Assembly (NCBI GenBank): GCA_020346845.1
Contig: CP070792.1
Coordinates: 2,939,155 to 2,978,691, forward strand
Reading direction: 5' to 3'
DNA from: Gemmatimonadota bacterium
GTDB taxonomy: Bacteria; Gemmatimonadota; Gemmatimonadetes; Gemmatimonadales; GWC2-71-9
DNA: 39,537 nucleotides
The notes below the pieces were generated by a model that saw only the letters and a list, made by a program, of their open reading frames with translations, was not told the origin of the DNA and made no database searches. The translations under genes were made by a program, and so were the position numbers. This document shows, in pieces, positions 19,619 to 27,546 of the stretch. Position 1 is the first letter of the stretch, and each line of letters starts with the position of its first letter.

Positions 19619-20644
19619 ATGAGGCAATCTAGCGGCCTCCCGGCCCGGCTACCAGCCTGCTCGGTCACTCTGATACTGTGTGTGGCTGGTGTATTGGCTC
19701 CGTCATTGCATGCACAGGAGCAATATCGTGTTGTGCGTGCTGAGAATTTCCGACGCGAAGCATCTGCCAATTCTCCTGTACTCGCCAGGGTGAATCCCGG
19801 CTCCACGCTTCGGGGCACCCCTGCCGGAGGTGGTTGGGTTAGTGCTACCCTCGAAGGGTGGATTTGGTCTGCATCCGTCAGATCGACAAGCCAGGGCGTG
19901 TTCGATTTGCGGGTCATATCGGCAGGGGGGGAAAATCTGCGGGAAACTCCGAACGGCAACATTGCCGCGCGAGTTGCCGAGGGTACGTATCTGGAAGAAA
20001 TCAGTCGGGACGCGAACTGGATCCGGGTCAGGAGGGAAGGCCGGATCTGGGCCGCATCGCTTGAGTTGGTAGAGGAACCAACCGCGCCGGCCGCGGCTCC
20101 ATCTCAGCCTGAAGCTACCGATTCGGCGGCAACGCTCGATCGTGCGGCGCTGGCTCATGCTGCATCGCTTCTCCGAGTGCCTGAGGGCGACACCACGGCA
20201 ACACTGCAGGCGAACACATCGGTTAGAGTGCTAGCGCGCTCAGGCGAATGGGTGCGTGTCCGAACTGAGGGTTGGGTCAGGGAATCAGACCTCCGTCCTT
20301 CCGTCGAGGGCCTGCTGGAGGGCGTGAGTGGTGCCGAGGTACGGGCAAGACCGGAAGAGTACCAGGGTAAGCTGATTCAATGGACACTTCAATATCTGGC
20401 GACACAAGAGGCGGACGAACTCCGTAGTGAGATACCGGAGGGTGACCTCTATATGCTTGCTCGCGGCCCCCTGCCGGAAGCTGGGTTCGTATATGTGACC
20501 CTCTCCAGGGAGCAGTTAGCCGAAGTGGAGCGCCTGAGCCCACTGACCCAGCTCGTCGTCATAGGCCGAGTCCTGGTGGCTCGCTCGCGCTATCTTGGCA
20601 ACCCCATTTTGGAGCTGGTGGATATGGCAGTCCGTCAGCAATGA
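19619..20644 (+). CDS. Secreted protein with three SH3b-like repeats and an uncharacterised C-terminal domain
   Basis: The ORF track starts at TTG 19613; I prefer ATG 19619. The signal peptide ends ...SLHA|QEQ. Three repeats end in GWVSATLEGWIW, ANWIRVRREGRIWA and GEWVRVRTEGWVRESDL. These resemble the bacterial SH3 pattern. Confidence 0.6.
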   Translation: MRQSSGLPARLPACSVTLILCVAGVLAPSLHAQEQYRVVRAENFRREASANSPVLARVNPGSTLRGTPAGGGWVSATLEGWIWSASVRSTSQGVFDLRVISAGGENLRETPNGNIAARVAEGTYLEEISRDANWIRVRREGRIWAASLELVEEPTAPAAAPSQPEATDSAATLDRAALAHAASLLRVPEGDTTATLQANTSVRVLARSGEWVRVRTEGWVRESDLRPSVEGLLEGVSGAEVRARPEEYQGKLIQWTLQYLATQEADELRSEIPEGDLYMLARGPLPEAGFVYVTLSREQLAEVERLSPLTQLVVIGRVLVARSRYLGNPILELVDMAVRQQ

Positions 20645-20654
20645 GGTTCTTGGC

Positions 20655-21164
20655 ATGGATGAGAAGCTGAAGGCAACGATAACACAGAGACTCGAGGATC
20701 TTCCCGACGAGACGGCTCGCCAGCTGCTCGACTACATAGAGTTTCTTGAGTCGAAGTACAATCGGAGTACGCGTGACAGATCTCCCTTTGAACGGCTGGC
20801 CGATAACGTCGAAGGTACGCTGCGCGCCACCCGTATTGGTGAGGCAGCGATAAAGGGCACCTCTTCCGTACTGGATGCGGCGTCCAGCGTTGTGAAAGGT
20901 GTTGCCGACGCTGGCCGTGTAGTTGTCGAGGAGCTGCAAAAGCTGGATCTGTCCGAACCTGAGGAGGGTGAGCAGAGCAAAGAAGGGGAAGACACTTCTC
21001 CGGAACAGGACGAAGGGGAGCGGTCGGAAGCTACCGGCGATTCCCCGCCTCAAGGGAAGGCCACTGATGCAGAGGAGACCGCTGAGCAGTCTGGCCCCGA
21101 TGCTGCACGATCCCATAAGGAAGAAGGAGACGATCAGGATACGGAGGGCAAGAAGTCGGCTTGA
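20655..21164 (+). CDS. Small acidic protein with an antitoxin-like N-terminal helix region, function unknown
   Basis: An in-frame ATG at 20655 lies 10 nt after the SH3b gene stop. The track start at 20595 would overlap that gene. The N-terminus is MDEKLKATITQRLEDLPDETARQLLDYIEFLESKY. The C-terminal 70 aa are strongly acidic and low-complexity (E/D/S/G-rich). Confidence 0.5.
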   Translation: MDEKLKATITQRLEDLPDETARQLLDYIEFLESKYNRSTRDRSPFERLADNVEGTLRATRIGEAAIKGTSSVLDAASSVVKGVADAGRVVVEELQKLDLSEPEEGEQSKEGEDTSPEQDEGERSEATGDSPPQGKATDAEETAEQSGPDAARSHKEEGDDQDTEGKKSA

Positions 21165-21221
21165 CCGCTAGGTAGCCGCCGGCTACCTTCCGCCATGGAA
21201 AACCGGATTGAGTTGAGAACG

Positions 21222-21260
21222 GCCCGCACAGCGCTCCGCGCGCGGCGGGCTTTCGTTATT
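21222..21260 (+). terminator. GC-rich hairpin plus T-rich tract (terminator or attenuator) immediately upstream of guaB
   Basis: GCCCGC (21222-21227) pairs with GCGGGC (21245-21250). An inner GCGC/GCGC pairing is also possible. The hairpin is followed by TTTCGTTATT. It ends about 7 nt before the guaB Shine-Dalgarno AGGAAGG. Confidence 0.45.
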
Positions 21261-21274
21261 GCAGGAAGGTGGTA

Positions 21275-22732
21275 ATGCCCACTCTACGAGCCGGTTATGC
21301 TCTCACTTTTGACGATGTCTTATTGGTACCCCGTCACTCTACGGTGCATCCCAGAGATGTGAGTTTGGCGAGCCGTCTATCTCGAGGCATCGACCTCAAC
21401 GTCCCCCTGGTATCCGCAGCGATGGACACCGTCACCGAATCGGAAATGGCGATCGCGATGGCTCGGGCCGGTGGTGTCGGTGTGATCCACAAGAACATGA
21501 CCATCGACAGACAAGCAGCCGAGGTTGATCGGGTGAAGCGGTCTGAGAGCGGAATGATACTGGATCCCATTACGCTGGGACCGGACCATCAGCTACGCGA
21601 GGCGTTTGCGCTGATGGCCCGTTTCAAGATCTCGGGCGTACCGATCGTGGATGATAGGGGCCACCTCTTGGGCATCATCACAAATCGGGACCTGCAGTTC
21701 GAGAGAAACATGGAGCGTACCATCGATGAGGTCATGACCAAGGAGAATCTCATCACCGCTCCCGTGGGAACGACTCTTGATGAAGCGGAACGCATGCTCG
21801 GCGAGCATCGTATCGAGAAGCTGCCAGTGGTTGACAATAGTGGGGTTCTTAAGGGACTCATTACCGTAAAGGACATCTTCAAACGCCGTCAGTTCCCCAA
21901 TGCCAACAAGGATGAGCATGGCCGACTCCGGGTGGCGGCGGCTGTGGGTGTGGGGGGTGAGGCCAAGGCGCGTGCACAGGCTCTGTTGGATGCTGGATCT
22001 GACGCCGTGGTAATAGACTCGGCGCATGGGCATTCCGAGGGAGTGCTCGAAACCGCCGCCGGCCTGCGTGAGGCATTCCCTGATGCCCAACTCATCGCCG
22101 GCAACGTGGCTACTGCAACCGGCGCTAAGGCACTTGCCGAGCGTGGCATGGATGCCGTCAAGGTCGGCATTGGACCCGGCTCCATTTGCACCACGCGGGT
22201 GGTGACAGGTGTCGGTGTACCACAAATCACGGCCATCCTAGATGCGATGGAGGGTGCTGGAGGAGTGCCCGTGATAGCCGATGGCGGTGTGAAGTACTCT
22301 GGGGATGCGGTCAAAGCACTGGCGGCAGGTGCCTCGAGCATAATGCTCGGATCGATGCTTGCAGGCACTGAGGAAAGTCCCGGAGAGAGCTTCCTGCTCG
22401 AGGGGCGCCGATTCAAGACGGTGCGCGGCATGGGTTCGCTCTCGGCTATGCAGGAGGGCTCAGCCGACCGCTATTTCCAGGACTCTGAGACGTCGCTGCA
22501 GAAGCTCGTGCCAGAGGGTATTGAAGGCAGAGTGCCATACAGTGGACCCGTGGCAGATGTGCTCTACCAGATCGCAGGTGGAATGCGCAGTGGTATGGGC
22601 TACTGCGGGGCGGCAACGCTGACGGATCTGTGCAGTGACACCGAGTTCGTCCAGGTCACGGCTGCAGGCTATCGCGAGTCACATCCACACGATGTGGTTG
22701 TTACGAGAGAGGCACCCAACTACAGCTTGTAA
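21275..22732 (+). CDS. guaB: Inosine-5'-monophosphate dehydrogenase
   Basis: I prefer ATG 21275 (AGGAAGG 5 nt upstream) over the track GTG at 21269. Motifs include [10 protein letters not shown], tandem CBS domains, the catalytic loop [11 protein letters not shown], and GGVKYSGD. Confidence 0.96.
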   Translation: MPTLRAGYALTFDDVLLVPRHSTVHPRDVSLASRLSRGIDLNVPLVSAAMDTVTESEMAIAMARAGGVGVIHKNMTIDRQAAEVDRVKRSESGMILDPITLGPDHQLREAFALMARFKISGVPIVDDRGHLLGIITNRDLQFERNMERTIDEVMTKENLITAPVGTTLDEAERMLGEHRIEKLPVVDNSGVLKGLITVKDIFKRRQFPNANKDEHGRLRVAAAVGVGGEAKARAQALLDAGSDAVVIDSAHGHSEGVLETAAGLREAFPDAQLIAGNVATATGAKALAERGMDAVKVGIGPGSICTTRVVTGVGVPQITAILDAMEGAGGVPVIADGGVKYSGDAVKALAAGASSIMLGSMLAGTEESPGESFLLEGRRFKTVRGMGSLSAMQEGSADRYFQDSETSLQKLVPEGIEGRVPYSGPVADVLYQIAGGMRSGMGYCGAATLTDLCSDTEFVQVTAAGYRESHPHDVVVTREAPNYSL

Positions 22733-22742
22733 CGACTCAAGC

Positions 22743-22770
22743 TTGACACCGCTGAGAATCAGCCTAGTCT
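22743..22770 (+). promoter_or_regulatory. Candidate sigma70-type promoter for the alanine/glycine symporter gene
   Basis: TTGACA (22743-22748), a 16-nt spacer, then TAGTCT (22765-22770). This is a sequence match only. It would give a leader of roughly 190 nt. Confidence 0.25.
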
Positions 22771-22963
22771 TTGCCACACTGCCTTGTCCTGGTTTGTGGG
22801 CGAACCTGTCGAGCCACAGTGTGTACAGGCTGGAAAGCGCTCTCGTGGCGTGCAGAGTGCCAAAATGTGCCCCCGAGCCATCCCGTTCACTAGAGCGATG
22901 TCAATGACAAGGGTGACGGTAGCCGCCCTAAGCGGCTGACAAATCGACCCCAAGGAGATCTGC

Positions 22964-24367
22964 ATGGATTTCTTATCCAGCCTTCCCGATAAGATTCTAT
23001 CGGTCAACGATTTCATGTGGCAGCCGGTCGCGATGCCAGTCGTCCTTATCGTTGTGGGAGCTTGGCTCACGGTTCGCAGCGGATTTGTCCAGTTCCGCTA
23101 TTTCCCCAGAGCAGTCAGGATGACGCTGGGGGGAGCATTCAGGCACAGGCAGGGTGCGAAGGGCACCATAACGCCGTTCCAGGCGTTGTCTACGGCGCTC
23201 GCCGCGACGGTGGGTAATGGCAACATAGGAGGCGTCGCAACTGCAATTCTGGTGGGCGGTCCTGGTGCAATCTTCTGGATGTGGGTGACTGCCACAGTGG
23301 GCATGGCAACCAAGTACTCCGAGGCCGTGCTTGGCGTCCACTTCAGGGTCCAACGTGAGAGCGGCGAACTTGCCAGCGGCCCCATGTACTACATCTCCAA
23401 CGGCATACCATTCAAGAGGTTCGGCAAGGTCCTCGCGATAATGTTCGCTTTCTTTGGAGCGGCCACCGCATTGTTCGGCACGGGTAACATGGCGCAATCG
23501 AACACGATCGCCCGGACGTTTGTCGAAGCGGTACGTTCCAGCGCCGGCGTGGAACTCCCGCTATGGGTACCCGGAGTGTTTATCACCGTAGCTGTTGGCT
23601 TGGTCCTGTTGGGTGGGATCAAGCGAATCGCGGCTACCGCAGAGAAGCTGGTGCCCACGATGATCGTGGTTTACATCGGCGCGGCCCTCATCTACATGCT
23701 TATCAACGCGGCGGACATACCGCGTGTGTTCGTGCTGATTCTACAACATGCATTCACGCCCTCGGCTGCCGTGGGTGGCTTCATCGGAGCGGCTGTAGCA
23801 CAGGCAATTGCGGCCGGAGTGAGTCGTGGCGTTCTGTCCAATGAAGCAGGACTGGGGTCGGCACCGATCGCGCATGGTATTGCGGATGTAAAGCATCCCA
23901 GCGAGCAGGGAACGGTGGGTGTCTTCGAGGTGTTCGTGGACACCATACTGGTCTGTTCCATGACCGCATTCGTGATCATATCATCGGGGTTGTGGACTGA
24001 GGCGGGCTTCCAGGATGCCAGTGGTGATCTGACAGCGGCGGCTATGAGCACGGCGATTCCGTTTGCGTCGATAATTGTTGCGCTCTGCAGTTTCCTATTT
24101 GGCTTCTCAACGCTAATCGCGTGGTGTTACTACGGTGAGAAGTGCATGGAGTACATGTTCGGCTCGGGCATGATCACTCCTTATCGAGTGGTGTTTGTAG
24201 CACTGATCATGGTCGGTGCTGTGGTGTCTGTTCCTTTGGCCTGGGCCATGGGGACGCTGCTGAACGGCATGATGGCATTCCCGAACCTGATCGGCCTAGC
24301 GTTCCTCGGCGGGACCGTGGCGAAACTGAGCAAGGAGTACTTCTCACGTCCCGAGGCCGAGACATAG
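22964..24367 (+). CDS. Alanine/glycine:cation symporter (AGCS family)
   Basis: 467-aa polytopic ORF with AAGGAG 6 nt upstream. It carries AGCS signatures (ITPFQALSTALAATVGNGNIGGVATAI, GGPGAIFWMWVTA, NEAGLGSAPIAH). Confidence 0.92.
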   Translation: MDFLSSLPDKILSVNDFMWQPVAMPVVLIVVGAWLTVRSGFVQFRYFPRAVRMTLGGAFRHRQGAKGTITPFQALSTALAATVGNGNIGGVATAILVGGPGAIFWMWVTATVGMATKYSEAVLGVHFRVQRESGELASGPMYYISNGIPFKRFGKVLAIMFAFFGAATALFGTGNMAQSNTIARTFVEAVRSSAGVELPLWVPGVFITVAVGLVLLGGIKRIAATAEKLVPTMIVVYIGAALIYMLINAADIPRVFVLILQHAFTPSAAVGGFIGAAVAQAIAAGVSRGVLSNEAGLGSAPIAHGIADVKHPSEQGTVGVFEVFVDTILVCSMTAFVIISSGLWTEAGFQDASGDLTAAAMSTAIPFASIIVALCSFLFGFSTLIAWCYYGEKCMEYMFGSGMITPYRVVFVALIMVGAVVSVPLAWAMGTLLNGMMAFPNLIGLAFLGGTVAKLSKEYFSRPEAET

Positions 24368-24416
24368 CAGCTCCGTTGGCTACGCAGGGGCCGTCGGGTC
24401 CGTTATACTGCGGTCT

Positions 24417-25457
24417 ATGACTGCCAAGACCACGAAGGGCACGCCGGGGCGTGGCGTAAGAGTGCCCTCAGCGCGACAGCGTGCGGCGAAGAAACTCGGC
24501 GAGCTCTTCCGGCCTGGAATGCGGGTGGCGCTGACGACCCACGTGAATGCGGACGGTGATGGTTGCGGCTGTGTCGTGGCGCTGTGGCACCTTCTTACCG
24601 CTCGGGCTGTGCGGGCGGTGATAACGAATCCCACACCGTTCCCTGATCGATATCGATTCCTACTCGACGGCGCAGATGGATCGGACAAATCGAGTGAGGC
24701 GGTCAAGCACTTGAGTCGAGCCGATGCGATCGTGGTGCTCGATATCTCCGACGTAGGGCGGCTTGGCCATCTGGGGAAGATCATCGAGCAGGCCGGAGTG
24801 CCAGTGGCCTGCATCGATCACCACGCCAGCGAGGGACATCTGCCAGATGGACCCAGATTGGTCGACTCCGCCGCATGTGCCACCGCTGAACTGATTTACG
24901 ACTTCGCTCAGACCGTCGAGTGGAAGTTGAGTAGTGAGGCCGCTCGCGGTTTGTATGTGGCGATCATGACCGATACTGGCGGGTTCCGATTCAGCAACAC
25001 AACGCCAAGAACGCTGCAGGTAGCTGCACACCTGCTAGCGCACGGGCTCGATCCCGAAGAAACCTACCGCGAGGTGTATGCCAGTGAGTCCGAAGGTAGG
25101 ATCCGCCTGCTAGCCGAGGTGCTCGATACGCTTGTGGTAGAACGGGAGCTGGGCTTGGCCTGGGTGACCGTACCCCCCGGTGCATTAGAGCGACACGGAC
25201 TCAAGGCTGACGATCTCGAGGGTATCGTCGAGTATCCCAGGTCGCTGCGTGGTATTACGCTTGCCCTCATGTTTCGGCCGCTGGCCAACGGACGGGTCAA
25301 AGTGTCATTCCGGTCGATGGGGTCGATCGATGCAGCTGGCTTGGCAGAGGGGTTTGGTGGTGGTGGGCACAAGAGAGCCGCGGGAGCGTCGCTCGAAGGG
25401 GATATGGGAACGGTCCAGGCGACGGTCTTGGCTGTAGCCCGCTCTGCGCTGAGGTAG
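24417..25457 (+). CDS. nrnA: DHH/DHHA1 phosphoesterase (NrnA-type oligoribonuclease / pAp phosphatase)
   Basis: 346-aa ORF with DHH motifs (HVNADGDGCG, VLDISD, CIDHHAS). It also has the DHHA1 motif GGGGHKRAAG. Confidence 0.85.
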   Translation: MTAKTTKGTPGRGVRVPSARQRAAKKLGELFRPGMRVALTTHVNADGDGCGCVVALWHLLTARAVRAVITNPTPFPDRYRFLLDGADGSDKSSEAVKHLSRADAIVVLDISDVGRLGHLGKIIEQAGVPVACIDHHASEGHLPDGPRLVDSAACATAELIYDFAQTVEWKLSSEAARGLYVAIMTDTGGFRFSNTTPRTLQVAAHLLAHGLDPEETYREVYASESEGRIRLLAEVLDTLVVERELGLAWVTVPPGALERHGLKADDLEGIVEYPRSLRGITLALMFRPLANGRVKVSFRSMGSIDAAGLAEGFGGGGHKRAAGASLEGDMGTVQATVLAVARSALR

Positions 25458-25502
25458 CGTAGATACACAACAACAACGAATTGACGAAGATTGGCGACGG
25501 AA

Positions 25503-26609
25503 ATGAGTGATAAGCTGCAAGCATTGGTGGCGGGAGCATTAACAAACGTGCGTAACCCACGTGTGGACAACGATGTGATTTCAGCAGGTATGGTCCAATC
25601 GCTCGATATCGACTCCCAGGGCAGTGTGTCGATCACCTTCGTACTCGGACGAGACGATCCTGCCACGCTCGTGCGTGAGATTCGTAAGGCAGTACGCGCG
25701 GTAGAGGGAGTTCGCGACGTCGAGATTGATGTGATTGAGCCGACTGGATCTCAAGCCCCTTCAGGGGCGCAGGCACGGGGTGGGAGTACCTTAGAGCAGG
25801 CACCATCACAGCAACCAAAGCTGACTCCTAAGTTGGGAACCATAATCGCGGTTTCGAGCGGTAAGGGTGGTGTCGGCAAGTCAACCATTGCTGCGAATCT
25901 TGCGGTAGCGCTCGTGGGCATGGGTAAGCGCGTGGGAATAATGGATGCGGACATATATGGTCCTAACATCCCACGGATATTCGGTGTGAGCGAACAGCCA
26001 CCGGTTGTAGGCGGCAAGGTTATTCCGCTTGAGAGCCATGGTGTGAAGTTGATATCGATCGGACTTCTCATCGAACGTGATGCCCCGGCGATCTGGCGAG
26101 GGCCGATAGTCGTAAAAGTGATATCGCAGTTCCTCGAGGACGTCGATTGGGGTGAACTCGACTACTTCATTGTCGATTTGCCGCCGGGTACAGGTGATGC
26201 CCAGCTGTCGCTTACACAGACTGTCCGTGTCAAGGGAGCGATCATAGTGACGACTCCACAGGAGATGGCAGTAGGTGATGCGCTGCGGGGCGCAAAAATG
26301 TTCGAGAAGGTTGCAGTACCTGTTCTCGGTATCGTCGAGAACATGAGCTACTTCTGTTGCCCTCACTGCGGAGAGCAGAGCGATGTGTTCATGAATGGCG
26401 GTGGTCAGCGGCTCGCTGATGAGCTCGATGTGAAGCTGCTCGGCCGTGTACCGCTGCAAGCGGGCCTGGCCGATCTGGCGGACGGTGGTGAGCCAGTTGT
26501 AATAGCCGCGCCCGATTCTCCGGCGTCCAAGGCGCTGAGCGAGATTGCGAGGAACGTAATAGACAGTGCCGGTGGTAAAGCCGTTTCGCTTCCAGTGATA
26601 ACGGGCTGA
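25503..26609 (+). CDS. mrp: Fe-S cluster carrier ATPase (Mrp/ApbC/NBP35 family) with N-terminal DUF59-like domain
   Basis: I prefer ATG 25503 (MSDKLQ...) over the track TTG at 25491. It has a deviant Walker A (SGKGGVGKST), a CPHCG cluster-ligand motif, and YFIVDLPPGTGD. Confidence 0.9.
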   Translation: MSDKLQALVAGALTNVRNPRVDNDVISAGMVQSLDIDSQGSVSITFVLGRDDPATLVREIRKAVRAVEGVRDVEIDVIEPTGSQAPSGAQARGGSTLEQAPSQQPKLTPKLGTIIAVSSGKGGVGKSTIAANLAVALVGMGKRVGIMDADIYGPNIPRIFGVSEQPPVVGGKVIPLESHGVKLISIGLLIERDAPAIWRGPIVVKVISQFLEDVDWGELDYFIVDLPPGTGDAQLSLTQTVRVKGAIIVTTPQEMAVGDALRGAKMFEKVAVPVLGIVENMSYFCCPHCGEQSDVFMNGGGQRLADELDVKLLGRVPLQAGLADLADGGEPVVIAAPDSPASKALSEIARNVIDSAGGKAVSLPVITG

Positions 26610-26843
26610 TCGGCGCGCTATGCGCTAGCGTTAGCCCCATTCCGCAGTGCCGTCGCGTTCAGCATGACCAACGCCAAGATTGCAGAAGGTGTGATTGCTG
26701 ACACGCCGACTAGTGTAGCATCGTAATCGCTGGGTGAGCCTAGGCAACTAAGCCGGACGTTCAATTGCCTGACTATGCGATTGGTATAGGGTAGAGTCTC
26801 ATCTTCGAATTGAAGTTTGATTACGCGCTGGCTGCATCTTGTG

Positions 26844-27452
26844 TTACAGCATTTCACGCAGTGGATCGAGTATCTCACGCAACTCAGCGCGCGCCCGATG
26901 TATGTATGTTTTAACCGTGCCAAGCGGTAACTCGAGTATGTCTGCAATCTCGTCATACGGCCTGCCTTCAACGTGTCGCAGTATGATACACGTCTGATAC
27001 TCGGGCCTCAGCTTGCCAATTGCATGCTCAATTGCGGAGCCCAACTCACGAGCTTCTAACTCGTCCAGCGGCGACTCTCCCGAGTCACCGATCTGTAATG
27101 CGGTTGCCTCGACCCGCTCGGCCGTCGTGGCGTCGGGCCCGCCATCGAGCGATAGAGTGTCGAGCTCCTTCCTGCGCAGATGGTCGATCGCAGCGTTGTT
27201 CGCGATCTTGAAGACCCACGACGAGAACTTGAACTCCGGTCGATAGCGATCGATCGCGTTGAGCACTTTGACGAAGGTTTCCTGAGAGAGATCCTCTGCC
27301 AGCTCACGATCTCTGACCATCCGATAGATCAGCGAGAAAACAGGTCGTTGATAACGGCGAATCAGTTCTCGATATGCCCTTTCATGACCGTCTCGGGCCT
27401 GTTCTACGACCTCCTGGTCGGTGGCAGTTGAGAGATCTGAGGGGAACGTCAT
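26844..27452 (-). CDS. ECF-type RNA polymerase sigma factor (sigma-70 group 4)
   Basis: 202-aa ORF. Region 2 reads YRELIRRYQRPVFSLIYRMVRDRELAEDLSQETFVKV...FSSWVFKIANNAAIDHLRR. Region 4.2 is an HTH (YDEIADILELPLGTVKTYIHRAR). Confidence 0.92.
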   Translation of the reverse strand: MTFPSDLSTATDQEVVEQARDGHERAYRELIRRYQRPVFSLIYRMVRDRELAEDLSQETFVKVLNAIDRYRPEFKFSSWVFKIANNAAIDHLRRKELDTLSLDGGPDATTAERVEATALQIGDSGESPLDELEARELGSAIEHAIGKLRPEYQTCIILRHVEGRPYDEIADILELPLGTVKTYIHRARAELREILDPLREML

Positions 27453-27468
27453 GATGGGTAGAGACCCC

Positions 27469-27495
27469 TACGCCTGAGTCGCGACTGGGGTTTCA
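27469..27495 (-). promoter_or_regulatory. Candidate ECF-type (autoregulatory) promoter of the sigma factor gene
   Basis: On the minus strand: TGAAAC (27495-27490), a 17-nt spacer, then CGTA (27472-27469), 16 nt upstream of the sigma ATG. This matches the AAC/CGT architecture of ECF promoters. It shares TGAAACCCC with the site at 37085-37110. Confidence 0.45.
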
Positions 27496-27546
27496 GTTTG
27501 CACCATTCTTGCGGCAAGTTCAAGCACGCCAGTAAGTTTCGCGCCT

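Noticed and set aside
21171-22927. The 10-mer GGTAGCCGCC occurs on both sides of guaB (about 21171 and about 22918), which suggested flanking repeats.
   Set aside because: Exact 10-mer repeats are expected hundreds of times by chance in 39.5 kb (about N^2/2/4^10). No extended similarity surrounds them.
22733-22963. A glycine riboswitch upstream of the AGCS symporter.
   Set aside because: I could not find the conserved aptamer cores (GGAGAG...ACCGAAGGGGCAA, CUCUGGAGAG) on either strand by eye, so I do not call it. The leader is reported only as unexplained.
26664-26726. A 20-aa ORF (MTNAKIAEGVIADTPTSVAS) in the mrp/sigma convergent gap.
   Set aside because: It has no SD and no distinctive features. 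Such micro-ORFs arise by chance.
26803-26815. A TTCGAAT-containing hairpin (CTTC-gaatt-GAAG) that looked like a tRNA T-arm.
   Set aside because: The stem is only 4 bp. No acceptor, D or anticodon arms can be drawn around it. I found no tRNA in the window.
26618-26857. A 79-codon GTG-initiated ORF overlaps the ECF sigma stop. It was considered as a mini anti-sigma factor because it has a Cys-rich start (KCCNTRC) and a hydrophobic segment (LVGVSAITPSAILALVML).
   Set aside because: The Cys spacing does not fit H-x3-C-x2-C. Many codons end in A/T, unlike neighbouring genes. There is no SD. It is kept only as a possibility inside the orphan-sigma finding.
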